Shown here piece by piece: positions 54,593 to 64,000 of a DNA stretch of 64,000 nucleotides (position 1 is the first letter of the stretch; every line of letters starts with the position of its first letter). The stretch comes from a virus, in the IMG/VR virus record IMGVR_UViG_3300032288_005579; one strand, written 5' to 3'. The position numbers were made by a program, and so were the translations under genes. The notes below the pieces were generated by a model. That model searched no databases. It was not told the DNA's origin and saw nothing but the letters and a program-made list of their open reading frames with translations.

Positions 54593-55498
54593 ATGAAGGA
54601 TACACAAAAAATAGCGATAATAAGGGATTTCTTGAAGTACTGCTATCATGAGCTTCAGATAAAAGAAGCACCTAAGATCCGTTTACACCATGACAATAAA
54701 GCAGTAAAAGATCAAGCGAGTTTCGGAGGCTATTATCCAGACGGAAAAAGCATTCAAGTGTACATGAAAAACCGGAATTTGGCCGACGTTCTTAGAACTT
54801 TGGGTCATGAACTGGTTCATCACAGTCAACACGAAATAGCTGGTATAGACGTAATGGACGGAGCAACTGGATCAGATTATGAGAACGAAGCGAATAGCAA
54901 AGCTGGTGTTCTATTAAGGAATTACGGAAAGATGAATCCCATGATTTACGAATCAGTAGTTTACATGGAGATGATAAACGAAGAAGACACAAAAGTCTAT
55001 CAGATATACTGTGACATGGACGGGGTATTGTGCGATTTCGATGCGCAATTTGAACACTATTTCGGAAACTCTCCGTCAGAATACAAAAAAGAAAAAGGCA
55101 TACCAAGTTTTAAGAACGCAATAGACGAAGCAGGAAAAGATTTTTGGGCTAACATGCCATGGACTTCAGCGGGAAAAAGACTGTGGGAAAAGATAGGAGA
55201 ATACGGGGTGATAATACTCACGGACCCCTCTAATTTTACAGATTCTAAGAAGGGAAAACTTGAGTGGATAAATCTCCATCTTTCTCCAATGCCGAAAAGC
55301 GTGATATTCAAATCTACCGGTAAAAAACACGAGGTACTTCAGGGTATGAATCCGAATGACGTAGAAAAATGCGTTCTTATAGACGATTCAAAACTTAATA
55401 CTCAACCTTGGGAATCTGCAGGAGGTATAGCATTTGAACATAGCGATAACAATCCCACACATTATCAAGTAGATCTTCTAAAATTAAAAGACAAATAA
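54593..55498 (+). CDS. Zincin-like domain fused to HAD 5'(3')-deoxyribonucleotidase
   Basis: RTLGHELVHHSQ; IYCDMDGVLCDF, ILTDP, GKLEWI, LIDD. Confidence 0.8.
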   Translation: MKDTQKIAIIRDFLKYCYHELQIKEAPKIRLHHDNKAVKDQASFGGYYPDGKSIQVYMKNRNLADVLRTLGHELVHHSQHEIAGIDVMDGATGSDYENEANSKAGVLLRNYGKMNPMIYESVVYMEMINEEDTKVYQIYCDMDGVLCDFDAQFEHYFGNSPSEYKKEKGIPSFKNAIDEAGKDFWANMPWTSAGKRLWEKIGEYGVIILTDPSNFTDSKKGKLEWINLHLSPMPKSVIFKSTGKKHEVLQGMNPNDVEKCVLIDDSKLNTQPWESAGGIAFEHSDNNPTHYQVDLLKLKDK

Positions 55499-55503
55499 AA
55501 GTC

Positions 55504-56073
55504 ATGAAAGAATCAAATTTAAACAAAGAGTTTAGTAAACGAGAGGTACAACGGATGAGAAATCTCATCTCTGGACAAATTGGAGAAAAAACCCAAGTCC
55601 AATCTGGATGGGAAAAACAAAAACAATATCGAAAAGAGGGCGAAGTTTGGGAAGAAAACGGAAAAAATTGGACAATAAAAAACGGGATAAAACAGAGTGT
55701 CACAAAGCACGATTCTATAAGGAAATTAGCCCACTTTCCAATAGCCTGTCCAAAGTGTAAAAAACACATGAGGGCAGACGATATAAACAAAAAAATGTAT
55801 TCTATACACTCTATGTGCTTAGATTGTGTCATAGAAATGGAAGCAGAATTGAAAAAACAGGGCACTTTTGAAAGTTACAGTACACAGATTGTAAAGAGCA
55901 ATCAAACAGTTTATTTAAAGGACATTGAAGACGCTCTGGAGGCTTGGTATAAAGACAACGAAACGTATGTTACCGAGAATGGACAGATAGAATCTTGGGT
56001 CGGTGGAAACAAAAAGAATGTTTATGATGCCGTAAAAGAGCAATTGAACCGAATAAAAAGCGAACAGGAGTAG
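55504..56073 (+). CDS. Hypothetical protein with CxxC pairs
   Basis: CPKC..CLDC; RKEGEVWEENGKNWTIKNG. Confidence 0.75.
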   Translation: MKESNLNKEFSKREVQRMRNLISGQIGEKTQVQSGWEKQKQYRKEGEVWEENGKNWTIKNGIKQSVTKHDSIRKLAHFPIACPKCKKHMRADDINKKMYSIHSMCLDCVIEMEAELKKQGTFESYSTQIVKSNQTVYLKDIEDALEAWYKDNETYVTENGQIESWVGGNKKNVYDAVKEQLNRIKSEQE

Positions 56074-56095
56074 ATATTTATAAGAAAAAACCAGT

Positions 56096-56758
56096 ATGCT
56101 GACAAGAAAACAACTTAGACTTCTCGAAAATAAACTCAAGAAGCACGCTGTAAAAGAGGGAGAACTCGATGGAGCCGTATCCCAGCTTTTTTTGGTTAAG
56201 AAGCCAGAAGATGGATGCGCAATGAAAGGAATGATTCAACCCATAGATCCTCTAGTAGGTTTACAAGGATCTCAAATGGTACCAGACCAAATACACGGGG
56301 TGTATCCAGATAAAGAATTAGCGGCGACTGTTGCAGAGGGTTTATGCGCAGAATGCATGCAACGTGAACAAGCTCTCGAAGAGAAGAAGTATAAAGTCAC
56401 TGAGAAGTTGAAAAAAGCGATCAATGTGCTTGAAAAGCAACGTACCGAATCTATGAATCTCATAAAAGAGGAACCTGCAAAAGCTGGCGAACACAAGGAC
56501 GTTGTAGCTAATATCACGTCTAAAATAGATGATTACATGACTACTTTAGAGAAAGTGGCAAAGTCTGTTAAGCCTAAAGAAAAAGAAGAGAAGTCGAAAG
56601 ACAAAAAAGATAAAGATAACCTAAAAGAAGATCTTGCCAAACAAGATAATCTTGATAGTGCACAATACCAAAAAGAAAAAGATAAAAAGGGTTTCAAAAA
56701 ATCAGATTGGAAATGGAATCCAAACCAAAGTCTTTATAACAGAAACAGAAAAAAATGA
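56096..56758 (+). CDS. Hypothetical protein, candidate head-internal protein
   Basis: ATATTTAT box at 56074; LLE/VKE/LKE motifs. Confidence 0.7.
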   Translation: MLTRKQLRLLENKLKKHAVKEGELDGAVSQLFLVKKPEDGCAMKGMIQPIDPLVGLQGSQMVPDQIHGVYPDKELAATVAEGLCAECMQREQALEEKKYKVTEKLKKAINVLEKQRTESMNLIKEEPAKAGEHKDVVANITSKIDDYMTTLEKVAKSVKPKEKEEKSKDKKDKDNLKEDLAKQDNLDSAQYQKEKDKKGFKKSDWKWNPNQSLYNRNRKK

Positions 56759-57120
56759 TGGACCAGTTCGCTATATTCGTCGGTACTCTGATGCAGAGTC
56801 GCAATCAGGTACACATATACCATTTACAAACTGACTCTTACGCTGCGCACGTAGCGCTTCAAGGGTATTACGATGGGATAGTGGGTTTAATAGACGGATT
56901 GGTAGAATCTTATCAAGGCAGATACGGAATACTTACCGGTTACAGAATGGCAGGAAACATAAAAGAAGATAACAATCCTATTATGTATTTCGAAGGTCTT
57001 TGTAAATTCGTAGAAACGCTGAGATCACAGATTCCCCAAGACTCCTACATCCAGAATCAAGTTGACGAAGTGGTAGCTCTTATAGAGTCAACAAAGTATA
57101 AGCTGAAATTTCTGAAGTGA
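56755..57120 (+). CDS. DUF5856-like ferritin/Dps-fold protein
   Basis: HIYHLQTDSYAAHVALQGYYDGIVGLIDGLVESYQG. Confidence 0.75.
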   Translation: MMDQFAIFVGTLMQSRNQVHIYHLQTDSYAAHVALQGYYDGIVGLIDGLVESYQGRYGILTGYRMAGNIKEDNNPIMYFEGLCKFVETLRSQIPQDSYIQNQVDEVVALIESTKYKLKFLK

Positions 57121-57554
57121 TGAATACCACAGACATGATACAATGTAAAAACTGTGGTTGGGAGTGGAAAGCTTCAGAGGGGGGCAAAGATAAGTACATT
57201 TGTCATAAGTGTGGAACAGATAACAGTCCCATAGAAGAACTTCACGAAGGCCAATTTTGTCCGCAGTGTTTAATAGAGTATATACTAGAGAGGTGGAATA
57301 AAGGCATTCTTGAAGAGGCAGAATATCAAGGGAGGACAGTTCCGCTTGGTAAACCCATGGCGGGAGACGTAAAGAAATTTAAGGTCTATGTAAAAAATAA
57401 AAAAGGTAACGTTGTAAAGGTAAACTTCGGACAAAAGGGCGTAAAGATCAAGAAAAATAATCCCGGAAGGAGAAAAAATTTCAGAGCTCGTCATCGTTGT
57501 GATACCGCGAAAGACCGAACCACAGCAAGATACTGGTCTTGCAGAAAGTGGTAA
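57117..57554 (+). CDS. Zn-ribbon plus conserved T4-like basic domain (DUF6321-like)
   Basis: CKNC..CHKC; KFKVYVKN..VKVNFG..RRKNFRARHRC..ARYWSCRKW. Confidence 0.75.
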   Translation: MMNTTDMIQCKNCGWEWKASEGGKDKYICHKCGTDNSPIEELHEGQFCPQCLIEYILERWNKGILEEAEYQGRTVPLGKPMAGDVKKFKVYVKNKKGNVVKVNFGQKGVKIKKNNPGRRKNFRARHRCDTAKDRTTARYWSCRKW

Positions 57555-57595
57555 GGCGTTATTGAATGTTTGTATTGAATATAATAATATGGACG

Positions 57596-57823
57596 ATGGC
57601 AGTAAACACTCAAACAACCTGGAGAAAAACACTAGCGGGGAATCTAGCGACATTCTGTTTGATGATGGCGATGTTTTTCAACCCTCTTGGATTCGACGTG
57701 CTTTTCAAGACAGTGATGGACTTGACAAACAGCTATTGGATTACGGATTTTATTTTCTATGGCGCTGCACTATTATTTCTTGGATTGTATATTTTATTGA
57801 AATCGTATTCTAAAAAACTATGA
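57596..57823 (+). CDS. Small membrane protein
   Basis: Two hydrophobic helices, FFNPLGFD loop. Confidence 0.65.
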   Translation: MAVNTQTTWRKTLAGNLATFCLMMAMFFNPLGFDVLFKTVMDLTNSYWITDFIFYGAALLFLGLYILLKSYSKKL

Positions 57824-60327
57824 AACACCTCAAAAAAGTGATCGAAAAATTGATAACAGAAGAGTCCAAAGGGCTTTGGCACAATATAAATCAGAAAAAA
57901 GAAAAAGGCGAAAAACCTGCTAGAAAAGGCTCAGAAGCTTATAAGAGTGCCGTTAAAGCCGCAAAAGAAATAAATAAAGCTACAAATGAAGAGGCGGCTA
58001 AATTCACAGACAAGCACGACGATAGTCCTAAATTGAAAGGCGATCAGAAGAAACTTCCTGATCAATTACAGGCACAAATAGTTAAAAAAGAGAATCACGA
58101 GGGCGGAGATCACGAGGTTTCCATGGCCAACAACAGTCTAAGATCTATAGTCAGCAACGCAAGTCAACTCATAGACAAAGTGGGGCAAGACGAAAAAGAC
58201 ATTCCCGCTTGGATACAGGATCACATAGCTAAGGCAGAAAATTACATAGAACAGGCCAACAGTAACTATCACGAGTACGGAGAAGAAGATCACGAAGAAT
58301 TGCCAACAGGCAACATAAAACTTATGAGCGCTCTTCAAGAGATGTACGACGAAGACGATGTTGAAGAGACACGGTTTCAAATCGGAGATATCGTTTTGGT
58401 AACTTATCCCAACCAATACAAAGGAGAACAAGGCGAAATCGTAGAACTCAGCAGAGACGGTTCGTTCCTGACATTGGAGATGCCCGATGGCAACACTGTT
58501 TCAATGCACTCTAGCGACGTAGAATTGGCAGACGACTCAGATTTTGATGACAATTTTGGCTACGACGATGAAGGTTGGGACGACGGTATTCGCGCCAGTG
58601 ACGACAAGCACCCCGGTGGTTTCCCTGGCATGACAGAGGCCAGAGACATCAATGACCCTGCTCGCATGGCCTCAGCAGCTCGTATACATGCATTCAAACA
58701 AAGACAAACACAACCAAAACAATCTCTCGCGCAATTCATGGGACAGAGAGATAATGATTTTGAAATAGAACAAGAGATAAAAGCCCTAAAGAGAGATCGC
58801 CTCCAGTTAATGAGAGACATGGAACAGGAAGCTGAACCTGAAGGCGGTCCGATAGCTGACGATTACGGAGACAGACTCAACCAAATAGATCAGCAGATAG
58901 CAGATCTTCAGGCTCAACTTATTGGTAAAAGTTTGGAAGAAGACACAATACAGGAGGCAAATGTACCTAGCAACATTTTAGAGTTCGCTAAAAGAAAGGG
59001 TGTCTCAGCTCTAGTCCAAAAAGTCGCTCGTTGGGCCGAGAAAGCCGGAAAAAGAATTGTCGGAGGTACAGCGATAGGTAAAAACTATAACGCTTTAGTG
59101 TTAGATCTAACGTATAATGGTGGTGAGATATACATAGACTGTTTCAAAAAACAAGTAAAAGTAAATGACCAATACGCAGACGATTACGAATCCTTTGTGT
59201 ACGCCTTAGATCCTAGCAACTTCGACTCAGACGATGACTATGAATATAACGACGGAATTACTGCAGACCCCGATCCACATCCAGCTGGTTTCCCCGGTAT
59301 GACAGAGAAAACCGAAATCATAAAGAAGATCGTACAAAAAGAATCAAAGATGATTCAAGAGCGACATATCGCAAAGAATCTAGTCACAATGATTTTGAAA
59401 GAAGCTGAAGAAGTAAAGAAAGCGGATAACAAAAAACCCGTAGACAATAAAAAAAGTAGTAAAGGTCTAAATGCAGATCCTGAAGTCGTAAAAAAAGCGG
59501 CTAAAAACATGCCTAAACCCGATTCTACTATAGCTGTAAAAGGATTAAAAGACTTGGCTAAGAAAGCGGGTTTGGGTGACGCCGATGTTAAAGTGAATCC
59601 TGGAAATAAAGAAGTTCCCGTGGAATTGAATGTAAAGGGTGGTAAACAAGATCTAAAAGAAGAAGGCATAACGCTAACTCTAGTTCTACTTGCACCTACA
59701 ATACTAGAATATCTAGGAAAACTCGTAAACTGGTTCACTAAAGACATAAAAGACGTTCTTAGATCTGGTTACGAAAAGGATGATTTACAGAAAATGAAAG
59801 ACGAATTACTTACGGCTCAAGAAAAATATAAAGCGGCTGATAAAGTAGATGATAGAAAAGGCGAAGAGAAATACCAAAAAGAGGTAGAACACTTAAAACA
59901 CGAGATAGATAAAATAGAGGGCAACGTAGTAGGTAATTTTCTGCAATGGTTGGGCCATCTCACTCACAGCGTATATCTGTGGCTTAGTGTAAAACCACTC
60001 GTTGAAGGATTTGGACTTATAGTGCGAAAGAGGTACGGATGGGATAAAGCACAGGGGAAATATAAAGAACAACCTAAATTTGAAACCATAGCAAGACTCG
60101 GATCAAGTAAACAGTTTAGACAATACATATCAGAGTTGATATATTGCGTATTCTGGGTGTTTGTAGCGGGTTCGCACATGTGGAAATCTCTGACTAATCC
60201 TGAGGTAGCCACAAAGATGGCAAAAGCCGTAGGAACCACTACCGAAGTAGTAGGAGAAGCTCTTAATGCTGCTAAAGGATCTAGCAGTCTTAAAGGAGCG
60301 ATAGAAGCCGCACTAAAAGCAGTTTAA
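57820..60327 (+). CDS. Large modular protein, candidate processed head-internal polyprotein
   Basis: 835 aa of short modules separated by (L/I/M)xE motifs; KOW-like FQIGDIVLV..GEIV; repeated HP(G/A)GFPGMTE. Confidence 0.7.
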   Translation: MKHLKKVIEKLITEESKGLWHNINQKKEKGEKPARKGSEAYKSAVKAAKEINKATNEEAAKFTDKHDDSPKLKGDQKKLPDQLQAQIVKKENHEGGDHEVSMANNSLRSIVSNASQLIDKVGQDEKDIPAWIQDHIAKAENYIEQANSNYHEYGEEDHEELPTGNIKLMSALQEMYDEDDVEETRFQIGDIVLVTYPNQYKGEQGEIVELSRDGSFLTLEMPDGNTVSMHSSDVELADDSDFDDNFGYDDEGWDDGIRASDDKHPGGFPGMTEARDINDPARMASAARIHAFKQRQTQPKQSLAQFMGQRDNDFEIEQEIKALKRDRLQLMRDMEQEAEPEGGPIADDYGDRLNQIDQQIADLQAQLIGKSLEEDTIQEANVPSNILEFAKRKGVSALVQKVARWAEKAGKRIVGGTAIGKNYNALVLDLTYNGGEIYIDCFKKQVKVNDQYADDYESFVYALDPSNFDSDDDYEYNDGITADPDPHPAGFPGMTEKTEIIKKIVQKESKMIQERHIAKNLVTMILKEAEEVKKADNKKPVDNKKSSKGLNADPEVVKKAAKNMPKPDSTIAVKGLKDLAKKAGLGDADVKVNPGNKEVPVELNVKGGKQDLKEEGITLTLVLLAPTILEYLGKLVNWFTKDIKDVLRSGYEKDDLQKMKDELLTAQEKYKAADKVDDRKGEEKYQKEVEHLKHEIDKIEGNVVGNFLQWLGHLTHSVYLWLSVKPLVEGFGLIVRKRYGWDKAQGKYKEQPKFETIARLGSSKQFRQYISELIYCVFWVFVAGSHMWKSLTNPEVATKMAKAVGTTTEVVGEALNAAKGSSSLKGAIEAALKAV

Positions 60328-60328
60328 C

Positions 60329-62257
60329 ATGTCAGATCAAGATAAACACATATTAGCAAGATTGATAAAAGAGCAGGATAACGAAAATCCTGCTTTGAGT
60401 GTAAAGAGCCCATTTGAAAGGGATCCAATGGGATTCATATTGAGAAAGTATACCACTCTAAACGATGTACTAACGGAGCTCATGACATCTGGTTTTCAAG
60501 ATTACTTAAACGCGATATTCATAGTTGCGCCTAAACCCACGACATTTAAGATACTTCTTCACAATGGTCAATTCTTTTTCTTGACATTCATGGGTAAAGC
60601 GTATCAAGCCACAGTGCAAGGTACGGATTATTATTTGATGACCATAGGAGAGAAAGAGCGTTGTATGCAAGCCATCGCAAGGCTACTAAGATTTGGAAGC
60701 CCGCTGAAAAATAAAGGCCCAGAGGGAGCTGAACAAAGTACAGACTCAGGCACTTCAGATACCGGAGATACTGGAGGAGGCGGTGGAGGTGGCGAAGAGT
60801 TTAGCGGAGAAGGCGGTGGAGGTGAAGAGGGCGGAGGAGAAGGCGGAGGAGAAGGAGAAACCCTAACTGAATCAAATAAAAATTTTGGAAAACTAATACT
60901 TGAATCCCTCTTAAAAAAAAACTTAAATGAGGCCTCAGGAATGAGAGGCAGAAAAACCGGTTCTGCTTTTACAGACGGAAAAAATACGTTGACATTAGAC
61001 ACAGAGCTATACGTAAAACCAAAAGATAAGCTAACTCCCCAAGAAAAGAAAGCTTTTTTTCAAAATCCCCAATTGGCGGATAAAAGACCTAACGTAGCGT
61101 TGGTAAAATTTAAAGACGACAAAGGCAAAATTGTCATATGGGGTAAATATGTTGATACAAATGTATCGTCTGCCGTTTCTTGGAAGAGCGATGGTACAGA
61201 ATCACCGCAAGGCGAATATCAAAAATACGGATTCAGAAACATTAAAGCCGTATCAGGAATAAGTCCTTCTGAATTGATACGCACAGAGGAACCTTTGAGT
61301 TTGGAAGAGATAATAAGCACCGTCTCTAAGAATACAAAAGATACAGCGCTCGTAAATGCCTTGAAAGACTTAGCCAAAGGAAATTTGCCCACTGTGGTAG
61401 GATACGCAGATAGGTTGTCAGCGGTCAGAGACTATTTTGGAGAAATCATGGCGCCTGTCGCTCTTTTGAGCGGAAAAAACGTACAAGGCAGCAAAGAAGC
61501 AGAAAGAGACGTTTTACAGGGCAAAACATTTAAAAGCGCCAAAGCAAAGTGGCCCATGTCAAAGACCACTGGACTTTTCGATAGTTACATAGTCACTTCA
61601 GCAGGAGAATACGGAGTAAGTAGCAAAGGCGCTAAAGGCGCGCCTGCCTCCTTATTGAATCTTAATGATGGAATAAAAAAAGCTGAAGAAGATAGAGAAG
61701 ATACTACTAAATACATCGGATTTAAAAAAATAGTGGAGATCGTTAAACAATACGATTCCATAGAAGGCATATTCGAATTGGCTAAGCTATATAATCCTTA
61801 CAAAGGATACGATAAGAGCGACATTGACACTTTGAAAAAAGAGGTGATAGATTACAAAACCAAAGGAAAAACAAAGCCCGCGAACAACGCTTCAGATCTT
61901 GCTAAAAAATTGTGGAAAGAAAACAGAAGTAAATTCCAAGTAGAATCGGGAACATTTAACGTTGGCTACGCGATTCTTTCTGTGGTCGCTAAAGACGTGT
62001 GTAGAGTGATAAACGCAAAAGGCGCGTTATCAAAGAAAGGCGCCAATTTCTCAGATTCCGCTAAATACTTCATGAATAAATTGAATTTCATGCAGGTCTA
62101 TTGCGACGTTAAAAAAGACGGAGATGACGTTAAAGTCAGCTCGTTCGATATCGTTTACACGAAATCTATAACGGGCCAAGTTGTGCTTTGGGCCGACAAG
62201 AATTATTTTGCGGGAGGCCCGCCAAAAGGAAAGCTTTCTTTCAAGGTGCCTCATTAA
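60329..62257 (+). CDS. Large hypothetical protein with Gly/Glu linker
   Basis: 642 aa; GGGGGGGEEFSGEGGGGEEGGGEGGGEG linker followed by LTE/LNE. Confidence 0.7.
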   Translation: MSDQDKHILARLIKEQDNENPALSVKSPFERDPMGFILRKYTTLNDVLTELMTSGFQDYLNAIFIVAPKPTTFKILLHNGQFFFLTFMGKAYQATVQGTDYYLMTIGEKERCMQAIARLLRFGSPLKNKGPEGAEQSTDSGTSDTGDTGGGGGGGEEFSGEGGGGEEGGGEGGGEGETLTESNKNFGKLILESLLKKNLNEASGMRGRKTGSAFTDGKNTLTLDTELYVKPKDKLTPQEKKAFFQNPQLADKRPNVALVKFKDDKGKIVIWGKYVDTNVSSAVSWKSDGTESPQGEYQKYGFRNIKAVSGISPSELIRTEEPLSLEEIISTVSKNTKDTALVNALKDLAKGNLPTVVGYADRLSAVRDYFGEIMAPVALLSGKNVQGSKEAERDVLQGKTFKSAKAKWPMSKTTGLFDSYIVTSAGEYGVSSKGAKGAPASLLNLNDGIKKAEEDREDTTKYIGFKKIVEIVKQYDSIEGIFELAKLYNPYKGYDKSDIDTLKKEVIDYKTKGKTKPANNASDLAKKLWKENRSKFQVESGTFNVGYAILSVVAKDVCRVINAKGALSKKGANFSDSAKYFMNKLNFMQVYCDVKKDGDDVKVSSFDIVYTKSITGQVVLWADKNYFAGGPPKGKLSFKVPH

Positions 62258-62322
62258 GAGCCGCATCACTCGTACAATAAATTTTTTACTGTCGAGGTTT
62301 TTTTGTACTTTGTAGAAAAGTT

Positions 62323-62790
62323 ATGAACATATTCTACGTACAATCCGACCCCGTTCAAGCGGCCAAGGACCTCACAGATCAACACATACTTAAAATGGGC
62401 ATAGAGTCAGCACAGATGCTGGCCACAGCCCACTGGATGAATGGATCTTCTGCGCCCTACAAGAAAGCACACGTCAATCACCCATCAACCAAGTGGACAC
62501 GTGAGTCCATACAGCACTATCGCTGGTTAGCCAAGCATGCTAAGGCCATACTACAGGAATTCACAGCGCGTTACGGCAACGTGCACAAGACGGAACAGAT
62601 TGTGGACTGGCTCATAGACAACGAACCCAACATCGAAGACCGAGGATTCGTACCGCCTCCTCAATGTATGCCTGAGGAGTATAAAAATCCTGACACTATA
62701 GCTGCGTATCGTAACTTCTACATTAAAGACAAACTGGGAGTCAAGAAGCTTAAATATGGCAAGTGTGCCCCTCCTCCATGGATTGCGTAA
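62323..62790 (+). CDS. Pyrimidine-dimer DNA glycosylase / endonuclease V family protein
   Basis: MNIFY..DP..A..DQHILKMGIESAQML..HVNHPSTKW..EFTARYG..HK. Confidence 0.8.
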   Translation: MNIFYVQSDPVQAAKDLTDQHILKMGIESAQMLATAHWMNGSSAPYKKAHVNHPSTKWTRESIQHYRWLAKHAKAILQEFTARYGNVHKTEQIVDWLIDNEPNIEDRGFVPPPQCMPEEYKNPDTIAAYRNFYIKDKLGVKKLKYGKCAPPPWIA

Positions 62791-62811
62791 CTTGCATATT
62801 TATTATAGTAT

Positions 62812-64000
62812 ATGAGTGAAAACGCGCAACAGATACGTGAAAGAATAAAAGAGGAATTCGTAAAGTGTGCCTCTGATCCAACGTATTTCATGCGTAAATA
62901 CTACATGATACAACACCCCACCAGGGGTAGACAGCGCTTCGATCTGTATCCATTTCAGGAAAAAACTCTAACGCTTCTTCAAAAGAACGACTACGTAATC
63001 ATAAATAAGTCCAGACAGCTCGGAATATCCACGCTAGTGTCTGCCATATCCCTGTGGATGATGCTGTTCAATAAGGATAAGAACATCCTTGTTGTAGCCA
63101 CTACTCAGGCCACAGCAAAGAACATGGTGACGAAGGTCAGATTTGCCTACCAAAACCTTCCGACCTGGCTTAAAATAGGAGCTCAGGAAGATAACAGATT
63201 GAGCTTGAGATTGGTTAATGGATCACAAATAAAGGCAGTATCCGGTGCTGGTGATGCAACTCGATCTGAAGCCGTATCGCTCTTGATAATGGACGAAGCG
63301 GCTTTCATAGACAGGATCGACGACATATTCACAGCTGCTCAACAAACTCTTGCTACAGGTGGTCGTTGCATAGCGTTATCCACTCCAAACGGCGTAGGTA
63401 ACTGGTTTCACAAGACCTATACGAAAGCACAAAAGCGGGAAAACAACTTCCTACCCATATCGCTTCCTTGGACCGTACACCCAGAGAGGGATCAAACGTG
63501 GAGAGATCAACAGACCAAAGAATTAGGAGTAAGAAACGCGGCACAAGAGTGCGATTGCGATTTTGCCACTTCAGGAGCTACGGTAATAGATCCGGAAATC
63601 ATGACTTGGTACGAGATGAACATGATCTCAGAACCCGTAGAGCGTCGATTGATGGACAAATCCTTGTGGATTTGGGAATACGCTGATCCCATAAAGCATT
63701 ATGCCCTAGTCGCTGACGTTGCTAGGGGCGACGGAGCCGATTACTCTGCTTTTCACGTCATAGACATAGAAACCGTAACGCAAGTTGCAGAGTTTAAAGC
63801 GCAAATAGATACGCGGGAATTTGCCAACGTACTGCTTTCAGTAGCCAACGAATACAATCAAGCACTGCTAGTCGTAGAAAACGCAAACATAGGTTGGGAC
63901 GTTTTACAAACGCTCATAGAACGCGGATACACAAACATCCATTACAGCCATAGGATGGAAACAGACAGTAGTTTTGAGAAATATATAGATCGCTACGATA
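62812..64000 (+). CDS. terL: Terminase large subunit (T4 gp17-like), 3'-truncated by window edge
   Basis: Translated by hand: LYPFQ, INKSRQLGIST, LLIMDEAAFI, STPNGVGNWF, ADVARGDGADYSAF; ATATTTAT box at 62796. Confidence 0.93.
   Translation, partial: MSENAQQIRERIKEEFVKCASDPTYFMRKYYMIQHPTRGRQRFDLYPFQEKTLTLLQKNDYVIINKSRQLGISTLVSAISLWMMLFNKDKNILVVATTQATAKNMVTKVRFAYQNLPTWLKIGAQEDNRLSLRLVNGSQIKAVSGAGDATRSEAVSLLIMDEAAFIDRIDDIFTAAQQTLATGGRCIALSTPNGVGNWFHKTYTKAQKRENNFLPISLPWTVHPERDQTWRDQQTKELGVRNAAQECDCDFATSGATVIDPEIMTWYEMNMISEPVERRLMDKSLWIWEYADPIKHYALVADVARGDGADYSAFHVIDIETVTQVAEFKAQIDTREFANVLLSVANEYNQALLVVENANIGWDVLQTLIERGYTNIHYSHRMETDSSFEKYIDRYD

Noticed and set aside
60760-60870. GGA/GGC-rich tract as a DNA repeat element
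   Set aside because: Explained as an in-frame Gly/Glu linker in CDS 60329..62257
1-64000. Stop-codon reassignment as in some large Bacteroidota phages
   Set aside because: Long conserved genes are intact in code 11 and end in TAA, TAG and TGA; no suppressor tRNA among the six found

Overview
64 kb of a large T4-like (myovirus-type) dsDNA phage genome in standard genetic code; no CRISPR array, rRNA or IS element seen. Three transcription blocks: (1) 1-21650 (+): GC-rich cluster of small early-type ORFs, six tRNAs, GH108 endolysin plus holin-like gene, a putative DNA base-modification/repair trio (MBD4-like glycosylase, SGNH-like protein, aGPT-Pplase-like protein) and candidate head-internal proteins; (2) 21656-48434 (-): AT-rich structural block with a sigma factor, gp5/gp25/gp6-like baseplate genes, tail-associated proteins and four mucin-like TPTISV-stalk proteins; (3) 48734-64000 (+): primase, single-chain Mre11-Rad50 fusion, multi-domain enzyme fusions, pyrimidine-dimer glycosylase-like gene and terminase large subunit (runs off the end). 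SD-less A-rich leaders and a Bacteroidota-style lipoprotein suggest a Bacteroidota host (inference). Most notable: a helically phased CTAGC array, a complete tRNA-Leu nested in-frame in a CDS, an anchor-stalk-tip gene family inserted into a split tail gene, and two promoter classes that partition the window. All family assignments are from motif recognition by eye, not database searches.
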